From Planctomycetota bacterium (GTDB lineage Bacteria; Planctomycetota; Brocadiia; Brocadiales; Brocadiaceae): a DNA stretch of 32,000 nt. Position numbers and translations under genes: made by a program. Below the pieces are notes generated by a model. That model searched no databases. It saw nothing but the letters and a program-made list of their open reading frames with translations, and was not told where the DNA came from. Location: assembly GCA_016873165.1 (NCBI GenBank), contig VGXV01000001.1:93643-125642 (forward strand). Direction: 5' to 3'. Positions 1-8,566 of the stretch are shown here, piece after piece (within the stretch, counting starts at the first letter, position 1; the number at the start of each line of letters is the position of its first letter).

Positions 1-190
1 GCAGATACATACCAACGTTTAGGGGCATTGATTTTTCCCCTATGGCGGTACTCTTTGGATTATGGTTTATTAAAAAATTTATCATTAATATGTTTTGAGC
101 AGCATTCATTTTAATAAGTATTTTTACTATACATCCTTCGTTGACATTCTCTTGCGGAATCCCATACCTTTCACATACAACCCCTTTTGA

Positions 191-1468
191 ATGCAAAATA
201 CTCCAAAAAATAAAATTATTATCCTTGATGTTGACGGCGTTCTTTTTCAAGGGCATTTTCTTATCTATATGTCAAGGCATCTGGGTTTTCTGATGTATAT
301 TCGGACTATTTTGTTATGCATACTATTCAATATCGGCAAATTACCTTTCCATGTGTTTATAAAAAGGGTGTATTCGTCTTTTCGTAACGTTCCGCTTGAA
401 CAAGCAAAGAAAGTGTACGAAGCTATTCCGCTTATACGGAATGCTAAGGAAACAATTGAAGTATTGCGCAATAATGGTTATGCGGTAGTTCTCATAAGCA
501 GCGGCGTTCCTGATGTGTTTGTCAAAGACCTTGCGGAACGGTTGTCCGCAATAAGCGGATATGGCATTACTGCCGGTATCAAAGACGGCAAATTGACGGG
601 CGAAATAACCGGTCATCTTATTATGCCCGGCGGAAAAGTAACAATGGTAGAAAAAGAATTACAGCAGTATAATCTTAGCTGGAAAGATGTGATTGTCCTT
701 GTTGATGACCGCAATAATTTAGAAATTCTAGAAAAATCATATATAAGTATCGGAGTAAACGCACAATATTCCATCCGCAAACGGGCAAACTATTTAATCG
801 ACAGTAAAAATCTGTCCGAAACACTGGACATACTGAATATAGCGGATGCAAATACATACAAAACACTGTTTTCCGGGATGCGTAAGCAATTTGCACATTC
901 ATGGTATCAGGAACTCCGCAGAAAATCCTTACATATTATCATTGCCCTTGTGCCGGTATTTTCCCAATTTCTGTTTGCAACAACCTTAACAGTGCTTTTC
1001 TCTTTGGTGGCGCTCTATTTGATTTCGGAATTTCTGAGGATCAACGGGTTTTCATTTCCTATGTTCGGCATTGTTACAAAATCAAGCATACGGAAACGGG
1101 AAGAACGCGGCATTGCTTTTGGGCCGGTTACGCTGATACTGGGAGCATCGTTATCCATATTGTTTTTTCCCAAAGAAATAGCAAGTGTTGTTATATGGAT
1201 AGTTGCCTTTTCTGATGCGGCAGCAACGCTTGTGGGGAAAAGTATCGGAAATTTCCGGATACCTTATAACAGGCAAAAAAGCATTGAAGGGTCTTTCGCT
1301 GCATTGATTGTTGCCGTATTTTGCGGATGCATTTATCTTCCTGTCATCCCCGCAATAATTGCCGCTTTTATCGCATGCTTTATTGAATCGTTGCCGCTAA
1401 GGGCGTTAGACAATTTACTTATGCCTGTTGGCACGGGATTGGTGTTATTGTGTTTTGGTTCTTTTTAA
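191..1468 (+). CDS. Fusion protein: N-terminal HAD-superfamily phosphatase (SerB-like) plus C-terminal polytopic membrane domain of the CTP-transferase-1 / polyprenol (dolichol/phytol) kinase-like family
   Basis: 425-aa ORF. HAD motif I 'IIILDVDGVLF' sits at the N-terminus and 'VLVDDRNN' lies later. The C-terminal half is hydrophobic and carries 'FSDAAATLVGKSIGNFRIPYNRQKSIEGSFA', typical of CTP-dependent polyprenol kinase/CdsA-family proteins. Confidence 0.7.
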   Translation: MQNTPKNKIIILDVDGVLFQGHFLIYMSRHLGFLMYIRTILLCILFNIGKLPFHVFIKRVYSSFRNVPLEQAKKVYEAIPLIRNAKETIEVLRNNGYAVVLISSGVPDVFVKDLAERLSAISGYGITAGIKDGKLTGEITGHLIMPGGKVTMVEKELQQYNLSWKDVIVLVDDRNNLEILEKSYISIGVNAQYSIRKRANYLIDSKNLSETLDILNIADANTYKTLFSGMRKQFAHSWYQELRRKSLHIIIALVPVFSQFLFATTLTVLFSLVALYLISEFLRINGFSFPMFGIVTKSSIRKREERGIAFGPVTLILGASLSILFFPKEIASVVIWIVAFSDAAATLVGKSIGNFRIPYNRQKSIEGSFAALIVAVFCGCIYLPVIPAIIAAFIACFIESLPLRALDNLLMPVGTGLVLLCFGSF

Positions 1469-1472
1469 ATTA

Positions 1473-1572
1473 GATTCTTCATTCCGCTTCGCTCCATTCA
1501 GAATGACTTTTGAGCATGTCATTCTGAGGAACGGAGTGACGAAGAATCTCGACTTTGAAATTCCTAAACATT
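1473..1572 (+). repeat. Intergenic module 1: long imperfect palindrome followed by a conserved 20-bp tail
   Basis: Outer arms are gattcttc (1473-1480) and gaagaatc (1541-1548). The inner perfect 10-bp stem is tcagaatgac (1498-1507) and gtcattctga (1518-1527). The tail ctttgaaattcctaaacatt follows at 1553-1572. Confidence 0.7.
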
Positions 1573-1599
1573 AAATAGGCATTGCGGCTGCTTTTTTGA

Positions 1600-1671
1600 T
1601 GTAGAGCGAAGTGCCACTTCGCTCGAACGAAGCAATCGCTTCGTTCTACAGCTTTGAAATTCCTAAACATT
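1600..1671 (+). repeat. Intergenic module 2: two adjacent hairpins closed by a short outer stem, followed by an identical copy of the 20-bp tail
   Basis: Hairpin A is gagcgaag (1604-1611) / cttcgctc (1617-1624). Hairpin B is gaacgaagc (1625-1633) / gcttcgttc (1638-1646). The outer stem is tgta (1600-1603) / taca (1647-1650). The tail ctttgaaattcctaaacatt (1652-1671) ends 8 nt before the U32 start codon. Confidence 0.7.
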
Positions 1672-1679
1672 TAATTATT

Positions 1680-2903
1680 ATGCATATTAAAAAACCTGAA
1701 TTGGTTGCGCCTGCCGGCGATATGGAGAAATTAAAAACAGCCATTGAATATGGCGCTGACGCCGTATACATCGGCGCTGAAGGGTTTAATCTCCGGATGG
1801 GCGCTGGAAATTTTAGTTTGCAGGAAATTCAGAATGCCACTGATTATGTCCATAAAAAAAAGAAAAAAATATATGTGGCGTTAAATATTTATGCGCGAAA
1901 TTATCATATCCAACACATCGGTTCGTATGTGAAAAAACTTGCGGATATCCCAATTGATGCGGTAATCGTATCGGACCCCGGGATTTTGTTAACGGTAAAA
2001 GAAATAGCCCCTCACATAAATATCCATCTTAGCACACAGGCAAATACCACAAACTATAAATCACTCGAATTCTGGCGTTTGCACGGGATAAAAAGGGCTG
2101 TTCTCGCACGGGAATTAACGATCGGTGAAATTAAAGAGATTATTCAGCAAACTCCTTTAGAGACGGAAGCATTTGTCCACGGCGCCATGTGCATGGCATA
2201 TTCGGGACGGTGTTTGTTGAGCAGCTACATGTCAAACCGGCATGCAAACCTGGGGGACTGCTCACATTCCTGCCGCTGGAAATACGTGCTGAAAGAAGAA
2301 AACAGGCCGGATGAAGCGTTTCCTATTATTCAGGATGAATTTGGCACATATATTTTGAGTTCCAAAGATTTATGCATGATTGAATACATTCCCGAATTAG
2401 TGTCCGCGGGCATTTCTGCCTGGAAGATTGAAGGACGCATGAAGAGCCAATACTATGTGGCCGCGGTGACGAGAATCTATCGTGAGGCATTGGATATTTA
2501 TTGTTCTGACCCGGAAAATTACGTATTTGATGAAAAATGGCTGTCTGAACTGGAAAAAACAAGCCACCGTGAATTCGGAACCGGTTTCTTTTTCGGATAT
2601 CGGGAAAATAATCCGCAAGTCAGCCATTATAGCCATTCTTATATCAAGGAGTATGAATTTTTGGGAATTATCGAAAATGTGTCCCATGATAATACGGCGG
2701 AAATTCTGGTAAAAAACACTATTCGGGAAAATGTTCCTCTTGAAATAATGGGGAAGAAATTAAATGACGATTTTGAAGTGTCGAATCTGAATATGAAAAA
2801 TGAATGTAACGAACCGGTAAAAGTAGCGAATATCGGACAAAAAATATTTGCAAAAATGTCAAAACCTGTTCATAAATATTTTATATTGAGAAAATGCGGT
2901 TAA
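1680..2903 (+). CDS. Peptidase U32 family protein (collagenase-like / U32-type hydroxylase family)
   Basis: The ORF-track frame 1611..2903 is trimmed to the ATG at 1680. N-terminus 'MHIKKPELVAPAGDMEKLKTAIEYGADAVYIG' is the canonical U32 start. 'ARELTIGEI', 'EAFVHGAMCMAYSGRCLLS' and 'KIEGRMK' are typical U32 blocks. Confidence 0.85.
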   Translation: MHIKKPELVAPAGDMEKLKTAIEYGADAVYIGAEGFNLRMGAGNFSLQEIQNATDYVHKKKKKIYVALNIYARNYHIQHIGSYVKKLADIPIDAVIVSDPGILLTVKEIAPHINIHLSTQANTTNYKSLEFWRLHGIKRAVLARELTIGEIKEIIQQTPLETEAFVHGAMCMAYSGRCLLSSYMSNRHANLGDCSHSCRWKYVLKEENRPDEAFPIIQDEFGTYILSSKDLCMIEYIPELVSAGISAWKIEGRMKSQYYVAAVTRIYREALDIYCSDPENYVFDEKWLSELEKTSHREFGTGFFFGYRENNPQVSHYSHSYIKEYEFLGIIENVSHDNTAEILVKNTIRENVPLEIMGKKLNDDFEVSNLNMKNECNEPVKVANIGQKIFAKMSKPVHKYFILRKCG

Positions 2904-2907
2904 TTTT

Positions 2908-2955
2908 ATGTTAAGGAATTTCAATCTTCGTAGGGTGGGCAATGCCCACCCTACG
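2908..2955 (-). repeat. Module 3 (inverted orientation): perfect 12-bp GC-rich hairpin plus a degenerate copy of the tail motif. It may also act as the U32 terminator.
   Basis: cgtagggtgggc (2929-2940), loop aat, gcccaccctacg (2944-2955). On the minus strand the hairpin is followed by attgaaattccttaacat (2925-2908), which matches about 16/19 of the tail seen at 1553-1572 and 1652-1671. It starts 5 nt after the U32 stop. No U-run follows on the plus strand. Confidence 0.6.
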
Positions 2956-3041
2956 ATTAAAAGTTGCCGAATGCCTGATTTATTATTATAGTAAACAAAG
3001 CTTATTTCCACCATTTTAAGAAAAGAGAGAGAACTGTAGGG

Positions 3042-4076
3042 ATGAATTCGAAAACGTTAGCAATTCTTGTTGTACTGATTTTATTTGCCGGATGCAGTAA
3101 TTCGAAAGAATATTTACAAAAATTATCTCCCTTTAAAAGCGAAGGAGAGGAGCTCGAACCGAAAAAAGGCGCAAAAGTTACTGAGGCAGATAAATATGAA
3201 AATATATTCGTCTGTTCAGGAGATATTAATGTCGCTTACAAGAAAATGGGGCAGGTGAGCCTTGGAGAATACGGATTTTCCGGGCACGATGTACTGGCGA
3301 AAAAAATAAAAGAAAAGGCTTTCCTTGTCGGCGCTCAGGCTGTAATAAATGTCCAATATGATTCGGGATATGCAAAAACCTGGAATGCATATGGAGAACT
3401 TGGAGGCACCGACATGGGTGTAAATAAAACATCATGGGTGAAGGGAACAGGCATCACCTTTATTGAAAAACATGATTCTGTTGGTTTAATAGTGTGCAGC
3501 TTAACAAAGGAAAACAAGGAATGGTTTCGGTTTAAAAGCAGCCAAAACGGCGTTCTTGTTGTCAGCGTTTTGGACGGAAGCAACGCCTCAAACGCCGGAA
3601 TCAAACCGGAAGATCTTATTATGGAATGGAACGGAGAGAAAGTCACTACAAAAAAACAATTTGCCATGTTAACAAATACCTCCATGAACAAAGAGGTAAA
3701 ACTTGCCATTCTGCGATCCGGCGGCATTAAAACGATTAATTTGCTTATTCCCGCAGCGGATTTTAGCCAACAGTCGCCGCCTGCAACAGAAGCAGCATCT
3801 CAAAACGAAACAAGTTCATTAACAACTCCCGGCAAACCGGCTATAAATAAACCGGAATTGAAATCTGCCGATGTGCACAACGAGATTGGCGATCTTTTTC
3901 TCCGGAAGGGAATGTACCGTGAGGCATTAGAAGAGTACAAAAAAGCTATTGAAGTTGATCCGTATAAAGCGCTTTCTCATTTCAATCTCAGCATCACCTA
4001 TGAAAAATTGGGCTTAAAAAGGGAAGCGGATGAAGAATTTGCCATATATAAAAAGCTGAAAAACCAAAACAAATAA
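3042..4076 (+). CDS. Lipoprotein with YbjQ-like N-terminal region, PDZ domain and C-terminal TPR repeat
   Basis: Signal peptide with lipobox 'LILFAGCSN'. 'GAQAVINVQYD' is YbjQ/UPF0145-like. 'GVLVVSVLDGSNASNAGIKPEDLIMEWNGEKV' is a PDZ-type block. 'YREALEEYKKAIEVDPYKALSHFNLSITYEKLG' is a TPR. Confidence 0.6.
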   Translation: MNSKTLAILVVLILFAGCSNSKEYLQKLSPFKSEGEELEPKKGAKVTEADKYENIFVCSGDINVAYKKMGQVSLGEYGFSGHDVLAKKIKEKAFLVGAQAVINVQYDSGYAKTWNAYGELGGTDMGVNKTSWVKGTGITFIEKHDSVGLIVCSLTKENKEWFRFKSSQNGVLVVSVLDGSNASNAGIKPEDLIMEWNGEKVTTKKQFAMLTNTSMNKEVKLAILRSGGIKTINLLIPAADFSQQSPPATEAASQNETSSLTTPGKPAINKPELKSADVHNEIGDLFLRKGMYREALEEYKKAIEVDPYKALSHFNLSITYEKLGLKREADEEFAIYKKLKNQNK

Positions 4077-4162
4077 TAATTCAGACATTTACGTAATGCA
4101 GAACGAATCGCCGCTTCAATTATCGGTACGTTGTCCTTCTTCTTGAAAGGAAATATTTCTTT

Positions 4163-4831
4163 ATGATTACGGTTCCGATAATACGTTATCTTTTTTCCCT
4201 TTCTATTTTGCCGGTTTTATTTTTTTCAAAAATTGCTCTTTCCGATGAATTACTTAAAAACGGCGACTTTGAAACTGGCGATGTTTCCGGTTGGACATAT
4301 TGGGAAACTTTTCCATGGGACGGTGACGGCATACCGGTGAAACATCCCGCAAGCGTTTCCATTATAGTTCCGGGAACAATTGGCGTCCCCATGCCGGCTG
4401 CCATAAGCGGGACATACTCTCTAACACAACAGGTAAGCGCTGAAGGAACAGCGCGCGGCGGTATTTATCAGGAACTGAATGTTTCAATAAATTCTTCATA
4501 CGTACTTACAGGAAGCATGGCACTCTTCGGAGATAATACCGGTGATACGACCACCATAGGCATTCTCGATGGGCAGTGGAATCCTTCTCACATCTTCACA
4601 ACTCCTTATAAATATCATATCGGCGGCAATACGATTTCCTCATGGAGCAATTTTTCCCTGTCGATTATACCCTCAAAAAATATCATTACTGTTTTTACAG
4701 AAACGAGACAAGACTGGGAACACGGGTATGTAGCCGGCTGGTACGACAACCTAAGTTTGCAGCCCATCCATGAGAGCAATAAACCCTTTCAAGCAAATAA
4801 ACACGCATCAGAAGAACGGAAAGAAAAATAA
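4163..4831 (+). CDS. Secreted protein with CBM4_9/CenC-like carbohydrate-binding (jelly-roll) signature
   Basis: Hydrophobic N-terminal signal 'IRYLFSLSILPVLFFSKIALS'. 'LLKNGDFETGDVSGWTYW' near the N-terminus and 'GWYDNLSLQP' near the C-terminus are the usual edge strands of CenC-like modules. Confidence 0.5.
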   Translation: MITVPIIRYLFSLSILPVLFFSKIALSDELLKNGDFETGDVSGWTYWETFPWDGDGIPVKHPASVSIIVPGTIGVPMPAAISGTYSLTQQVSAEGTARGGIYQELNVSINSSYVLTGSMALFGDNTGDTTTIGILDGQWNPSHIFTTPYKYHIGGNTISSWSNFSLSIIPSKNIITVFTETRQDWEHGYVAGWYDNLSLQPIHESNKPFQANKHASEERKEK

Positions 4832-5203
4832 ATTTGTAATGTATCGTCAAGCAAATCTGGTTTTCGAAAATTTATATTGCATTAACCTCTTAATGTTAAA
4901 TTCCCGTTGGCAATTTTACTAGAAATTAACATTTCAATAGGTTAAAAAAAGAAAGGGCATGTTGGGAACATGTTTGTGTGTTTTGAACCATCTCCTTATC
5001 GAAATTTTAGAAAAAACGAGATTGTAGCCCTATTCTATATTTTTTGAGGTAATAATCCGTGAGTGAAAAACCACGACCCTGTATTAGAATACTTGTGGCA
5101 TGACGCTTTTTTTTGGTGCAACGAACCTCGTCTTACCACAGTTGATTATTTCCAGTTTCAAAAGACTAAAGCGTTACGTGCATTCACATATTGGAAAATA
5201 TTT

Positions 5204-7267
5204 ATGGAAAACATACAAATAAATATTAACCACCTCTGGGTAATTATTGCCGCCTGCATGGTGTTTTTTATGCAGGTCGGGTTTACCTCCTACGAAACCG
5301 GATTTTCTCAGTCTAAAAATGCCATTAGCATTGCACTGAGAAATCTCGTAGTCACCCTTATTTCAACACTCGCATTTTTTTGTGTCAGCTACGGGTTCAT
5401 GTTTGGCAAAAGCTACAGGGGATTGATCGGGACGGATCTGTTCTTCGTAAACGATTTGACATTGCATCCAAATACGTTGTCGTATTCTTTCTTATTTTTC
5501 CAGATGGCCTTTGCCTCCACTGTAGCGACAATATTAACAGGCGCCATAGCAGAACGTTCCGGCTTTATTCCTAATGTGGCGGGCGCCGCTTTCATCATTG
5601 CTGTTATTTATCCGATCTTCGGGCACTGGGCATGGGGAAATCTTTTTTCCACCGATCAGGCCGGATGGTTGAAAAAACTGGGTTTTATTGATTTTGCAGG
5701 CGCAACGGTAGTGCATTCTATCGGAGGCTGGTTTGCCATGGCTGGCGCAATTGTCGTGGGGCCAAGAATCGGAAAATATAACGCCGATGGAACTTCAAAC
5801 CGGATAGGATTGCATAACGTTCCGCTAGTCACCTTAGGAACCTTTTTTCTTTGGTTCGGATGGTTTGGTTTTAACGGAGGGAGTCTTTTAAGGGTTTCTG
5901 CGAACATAGGATTGGTAATTCTGAATACAAACCTGTCTGCCGCTTCTGCCGGACTTTCCGCCCTCATATTTATTTACGTGACGAAAAAAAGGATCGAATC
6001 AGGAAGTCTTTTTACTGCAATACTTGCCGGATTGGTCGCCATAACGGCAAGTTCAAATATGGTCGATCCCGGCAGTGCGGTATATATTGGCCTTATCACC
6101 GGAATACTGGCAATCAATGCGGAAAGATTCATTGAAAGAGTTTTAAAAATTGACGACCCCGTAAGCGCCGTTGCCGTGCATGGAGTAGGCGGGGTAATCG
6201 GCACGCTCTGTGTTGCGCTATTCGCACAGAAATCGTTGCTTTTGACGGAAAACGGGAACAGGATATACCAATTAGGCATACAGGCATTGGGGGTTATCGT
6301 TGCGTTTTCATGGTCATTCGGCATGGGGATGCTTTTTTTCCTGTGCCTTAAGAAACTAACGAAGATACGGGTAACTCCTGAGGAAGAAAAGAGAGGACTG
6401 AATATTGCTGAATATGAGGATGTCGCATCATGGCTCGATTTTATTAAAATAACACGATTGCAGGATTTAAACCTGATACTTGAAAAAAAGGTAAATGAAA
6501 AAACAGAAGACCTGCAACAGGCAAATATAGCTTTGGAAAAGGCAAACAGGCTTAAATCGGAATTTCTGACAACAATGACGCATGAACTCCGCACGCCTTT
6601 AAACGCAATCATCGGTTTCGCTGAAGTATTGCGCGACGAAATTACCGGCGCTCTCAGCAAAGATCAAAAGGAATACGTAAATGATATTCACAGCAGCGGC
6701 CAACACCTGCTCAATATGATTAACAGCATATTGGATCTTTCAAGAATCGAGACGGGAAAGATGGAACTTCATTATGAGGAATTTTGCATAGAAAACGCAG
6801 TGAACGAAACATTAACCATTATCAACGCATATGCTGACAATAAAGGAATCTCCCTTCACACAAGTGTGCCGGATACGCTCCCCCTCCTTACTGCTGACAA
6901 AGCAAAATTTAAACAGATTCTTTATAATCTCTTATCAAATGCGGTTAAATTTACCCCTGAAAAGGGGAAAATCGACATCAGAGCTTTTCAAATAAACCAC
7001 TCTGTACGATGTGAAATAAGCGATACCGGCATCGGTATTACGCCAGAAGCCAAAGAGGGATTGTTCGATGCGTTTCGTCAGGCAGACGGCTCAATAACGA
7101 GAAGATATGAAGGAACAGGGCTTGGTTTGCACCTGACAAAGCGCCTTGTAGAATTACATGGCGGAAAGATATGGGTCGAAAGCGCTCCCGGAAAAGGAAG
7201 CACGTTCTTTTTTACCCTTCCGGTAAATCCATCAGATACTATCCAAAAAAACAATACAATCCCATAG
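5204..7267 (+). CDS. Ammonium transporter (Amt) domain fused to a HisKA/HATPase_c histidine kinase (ammonium sensor kinase)
   Basis: In-frame ATG at 5204 gives 'MENIQININHLWVIIAACMVFFMQVGFTSYETG', a typical Amt N-terminus. Amt blocks 'DFAGATVVHSIGGWFAMAGAIVVGPR' and 'AVHGVGGVIGTL' are present. A coiled-coil linker follows, then H-box 'MTHELRTPLNAIIGF' and ATPase boxes 'LLSNAVKFT', 'DTGIGI', 'GTGLGL'. The GTG start at 5063 in the track is probably an over-extension. Confidence 0.9.
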   Translation: MENIQININHLWVIIAACMVFFMQVGFTSYETGFSQSKNAISIALRNLVVTLISTLAFFCVSYGFMFGKSYRGLIGTDLFFVNDLTLHPNTLSYSFLFFQMAFASTVATILTGAIAERSGFIPNVAGAAFIIAVIYPIFGHWAWGNLFSTDQAGWLKKLGFIDFAGATVVHSIGGWFAMAGAIVVGPRIGKYNADGTSNRIGLHNVPLVTLGTFFLWFGWFGFNGGSLLRVSANIGLVILNTNLSAASAGLSALIFIYVTKKRIESGSLFTAILAGLVAITASSNMVDPGSAVYIGLITGILAINAERFIERVLKIDDPVSAVAVHGVGGVIGTLCVALFAQKSLLLTENGNRIYQLGIQALGVIVAFSWSFGMGMLFFLCLKKLTKIRVTPEEEKRGLNIAEYEDVASWLDFIKITRLQDLNLILEKKVNEKTEDLQQANIALEKANRLKSEFLTTMTHELRTPLNAIIGFAEVLRDEITGALSKDQKEYVNDIHSSGQHLLNMINSILDLSRIETGKMELHYEEFCIENAVNETLTIINAYADNKGISLHTSVPDTLPLLTADKAKFKQILYNLLSNAVKFTPEKGKIDIRAFQINHSVRCEISDTGIGITPEAKEGLFDAFRQADGSITRRYEGTGLGLHLTKRLVELHGGKIWVESAPGKGSTFFFTLPVNPSDTIQKNNTIP

Positions 7268-7365
7268 ATTGTTCATTACATTGATTCTGTATACGAATCA
7301 AATACTTCAAATTTTCCATTTACCACAAACCTACATTGTTTCCATTGAAAAATAACATACTTTAC

Positions 7366-7394
7366 TTGACTAACATATTCTTAATATCTATCAT
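7366..7394 (+). promoter_or_regulatory. Candidate sigma70-type promoter for the epimerase gene
   Basis: TTGACT (7366-7371), 17-nt spacer, TATCAT (7389-7394), about 60 nt upstream of the ATG at 7454. Pattern match only. Confidence 0.3.
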
Positions 7395-7453
7395 TATGAT
7401 TTTACATAATAGGCTGCTTATTTCCATATACTATCAAGAAAGTAGAGGTTTTG

Positions 7454-8386
7454 ATGAAAATACTTGTCACGGGTGGCGCAGGCTTTATCGCTTCTCATTT
7501 AGCAGATCACTTAATTGCGAAAGGGCACGAGGTAATAATCGTCGATAACCTTTCAACGGGAAAAAAAGAAAATATCAACCCCAAATCGGTATTTTATAAG
7601 GTTGATATTTGTGATATTGGCAGATTGGAAGATGTCTTTAATGAGGAACGGCCTGATGTGGTAAATCATCATGCAGCACATGCCGATGTACGTAAATCTG
7701 TGGAAATGCCTGCTTATGATGCGAATATAAATATACTCGGCTCGCTTAATCTTTGTCAATTATCAATGAAATATGGTGTTAAAAAAATTATTTACGCTTC
7801 TACGGGAGGCGCTGTCTATGGCGAACCAAAACACCTGCCCGTTACTGAAAATTCTCCCATCGAACCCATTTCCCAATACGGAGTAAGCAAACATACGGTG
7901 GAACATTATTTATTTGTTTTTAATAAATTATACAATCTGAATTTTACCATATTACGATACCCAAATGTTTACGGCCCAAGACAATCACCGTACGGAGAAG
8001 CGGGGGTTGTGGCTATTTTCAGCGAACACGTGCTGAGCAATAAACGTCCAACTATTTTTGGGGATGGGAGTAAAACACGGGATTATGTGTTTGTAGAAGA
8101 CATTATTTCGGCAAATCTGAAAGTCCTGGAAAACTGCGGAAATGGAGAAATCTTTAACTTGGGATGGGGCATTGAAGTTTCTGACTTAAATGTATTTCAC
8201 GCCATTCGAAACGCATTGAATTCCAAAATAGAACCTATCTTTGGAAGCAAACGCAACGGAGAAATAGAACATATCTGCCTGGACAATTCCAAGGCAATGA
8301 AAGTTCTTGACTGGAAACCCAGAGTTAAATTTGAGGAAGGAATTAAACTCTCGACCAATTACTATAAGCAGCTAAAAAATGTTTAA
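7454..8386 (+). CDS. NAD-dependent epimerase/dehydratase (extended SDR, UDP-glucose 4-epimerase-like)
   Basis: 'MKILVTGGAGFIASHL' Rossmann motif, catalytic 'YGVSKHTVE' (YxxxK), 'RYPNVYGPRQ'. GAGG lies 5 nt upstream of the ATG at 7454. Confidence 0.85.
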   Translation: MKILVTGGAGFIASHLADHLIAKGHEVIIVDNLSTGKKENINPKSVFYKVDICDIGRLEDVFNEERPDVVNHHAAHADVRKSVEMPAYDANINILGSLNLCQLSMKYGVKKIIYASTGGAVYGEPKHLPVTENSPIEPISQYGVSKHTVEHYLFVFNKLYNLNFTILRYPNVYGPRQSPYGEAGVVAIFSEHVLSNKRPTIFGDGSKTRDYVFVEDIISANLKVLENCGNGEIFNLGWGIEVSDLNVFHAIRNALNSKIEPIFGSKRNGEIEHICLDNSKAMKVLDWKPRVKFEEGIKLSTNYYKQLKNV

Positions 8387-8566
8387 CCTTTTGGTGCAAT
8401 ACGTTGATAGTTTCCAATGTTTGTAAAGAAGCGCATAAGATTCGATAATAACACTGAAATAGCCAACACGTTTCCCTTAAGCGCTGTCTTTAAAAAATCA
8501 AATTGCCAAGCGAAATTATTGTTTTAAAAAGTTACTGCTTTAACAAAAAACAAACACACTATTGGA

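Noticed and set aside
1479-1670. 63-aa minus-strand ORF containing 'MFRNFK' twice
   Set aside because: It is simply the translation of the duplicated 20-bp tail and the palindromic intergenic repeats. It has no SD and no coding signature, so I treat it as a repeat, not a gene.
4907-4922. TTGGCA-N-containing stretch examined as a sigma54 (-24/-12) promoter upstream of the Amt-HK gene
   Set aside because: The GG element is present, but the -12 GC element at the proper spacing is absent (TGGCAATTTTACTAG).
5063-5203. N-terminal 47-codon extension of the Amt-HK ORF. Similar extensions occur at 1611-1679 (U32), 9602-9637, 10931-11014, 13552-13707, 24169-24225, 27134-27295 and 28742-28780.
   Set aside because: In each case an internal ATG gives the family-typical N-terminus or signal peptide. 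The extensions are non-conserved between the two GH-like paralogs, or overlap upstream genes or repeats.
5974-6660. 228-aa minus-strand ORF antisense to the Amt-histidine kinase gene. Similar antisense ORFs occur at 5656-5967, 8999-9421, 15633-15998, 17092-17481, 18330-18686 and 25632-25958.
   Set aside because: Each lies entirely inside a strongly supported gene on the opposite strand. The translations are low-complexity (Ser/Phe/Ile-rich) with no recognisable motifs, as expected for shadow ORFs.
7336-7548. 70-aa plus-strand ORF overlapping the epimerase start
   Set aside because: It is out of frame with, and overlaps, the well-supported epimerase N-terminus. Its first half covers the promoter-like AT-rich region.
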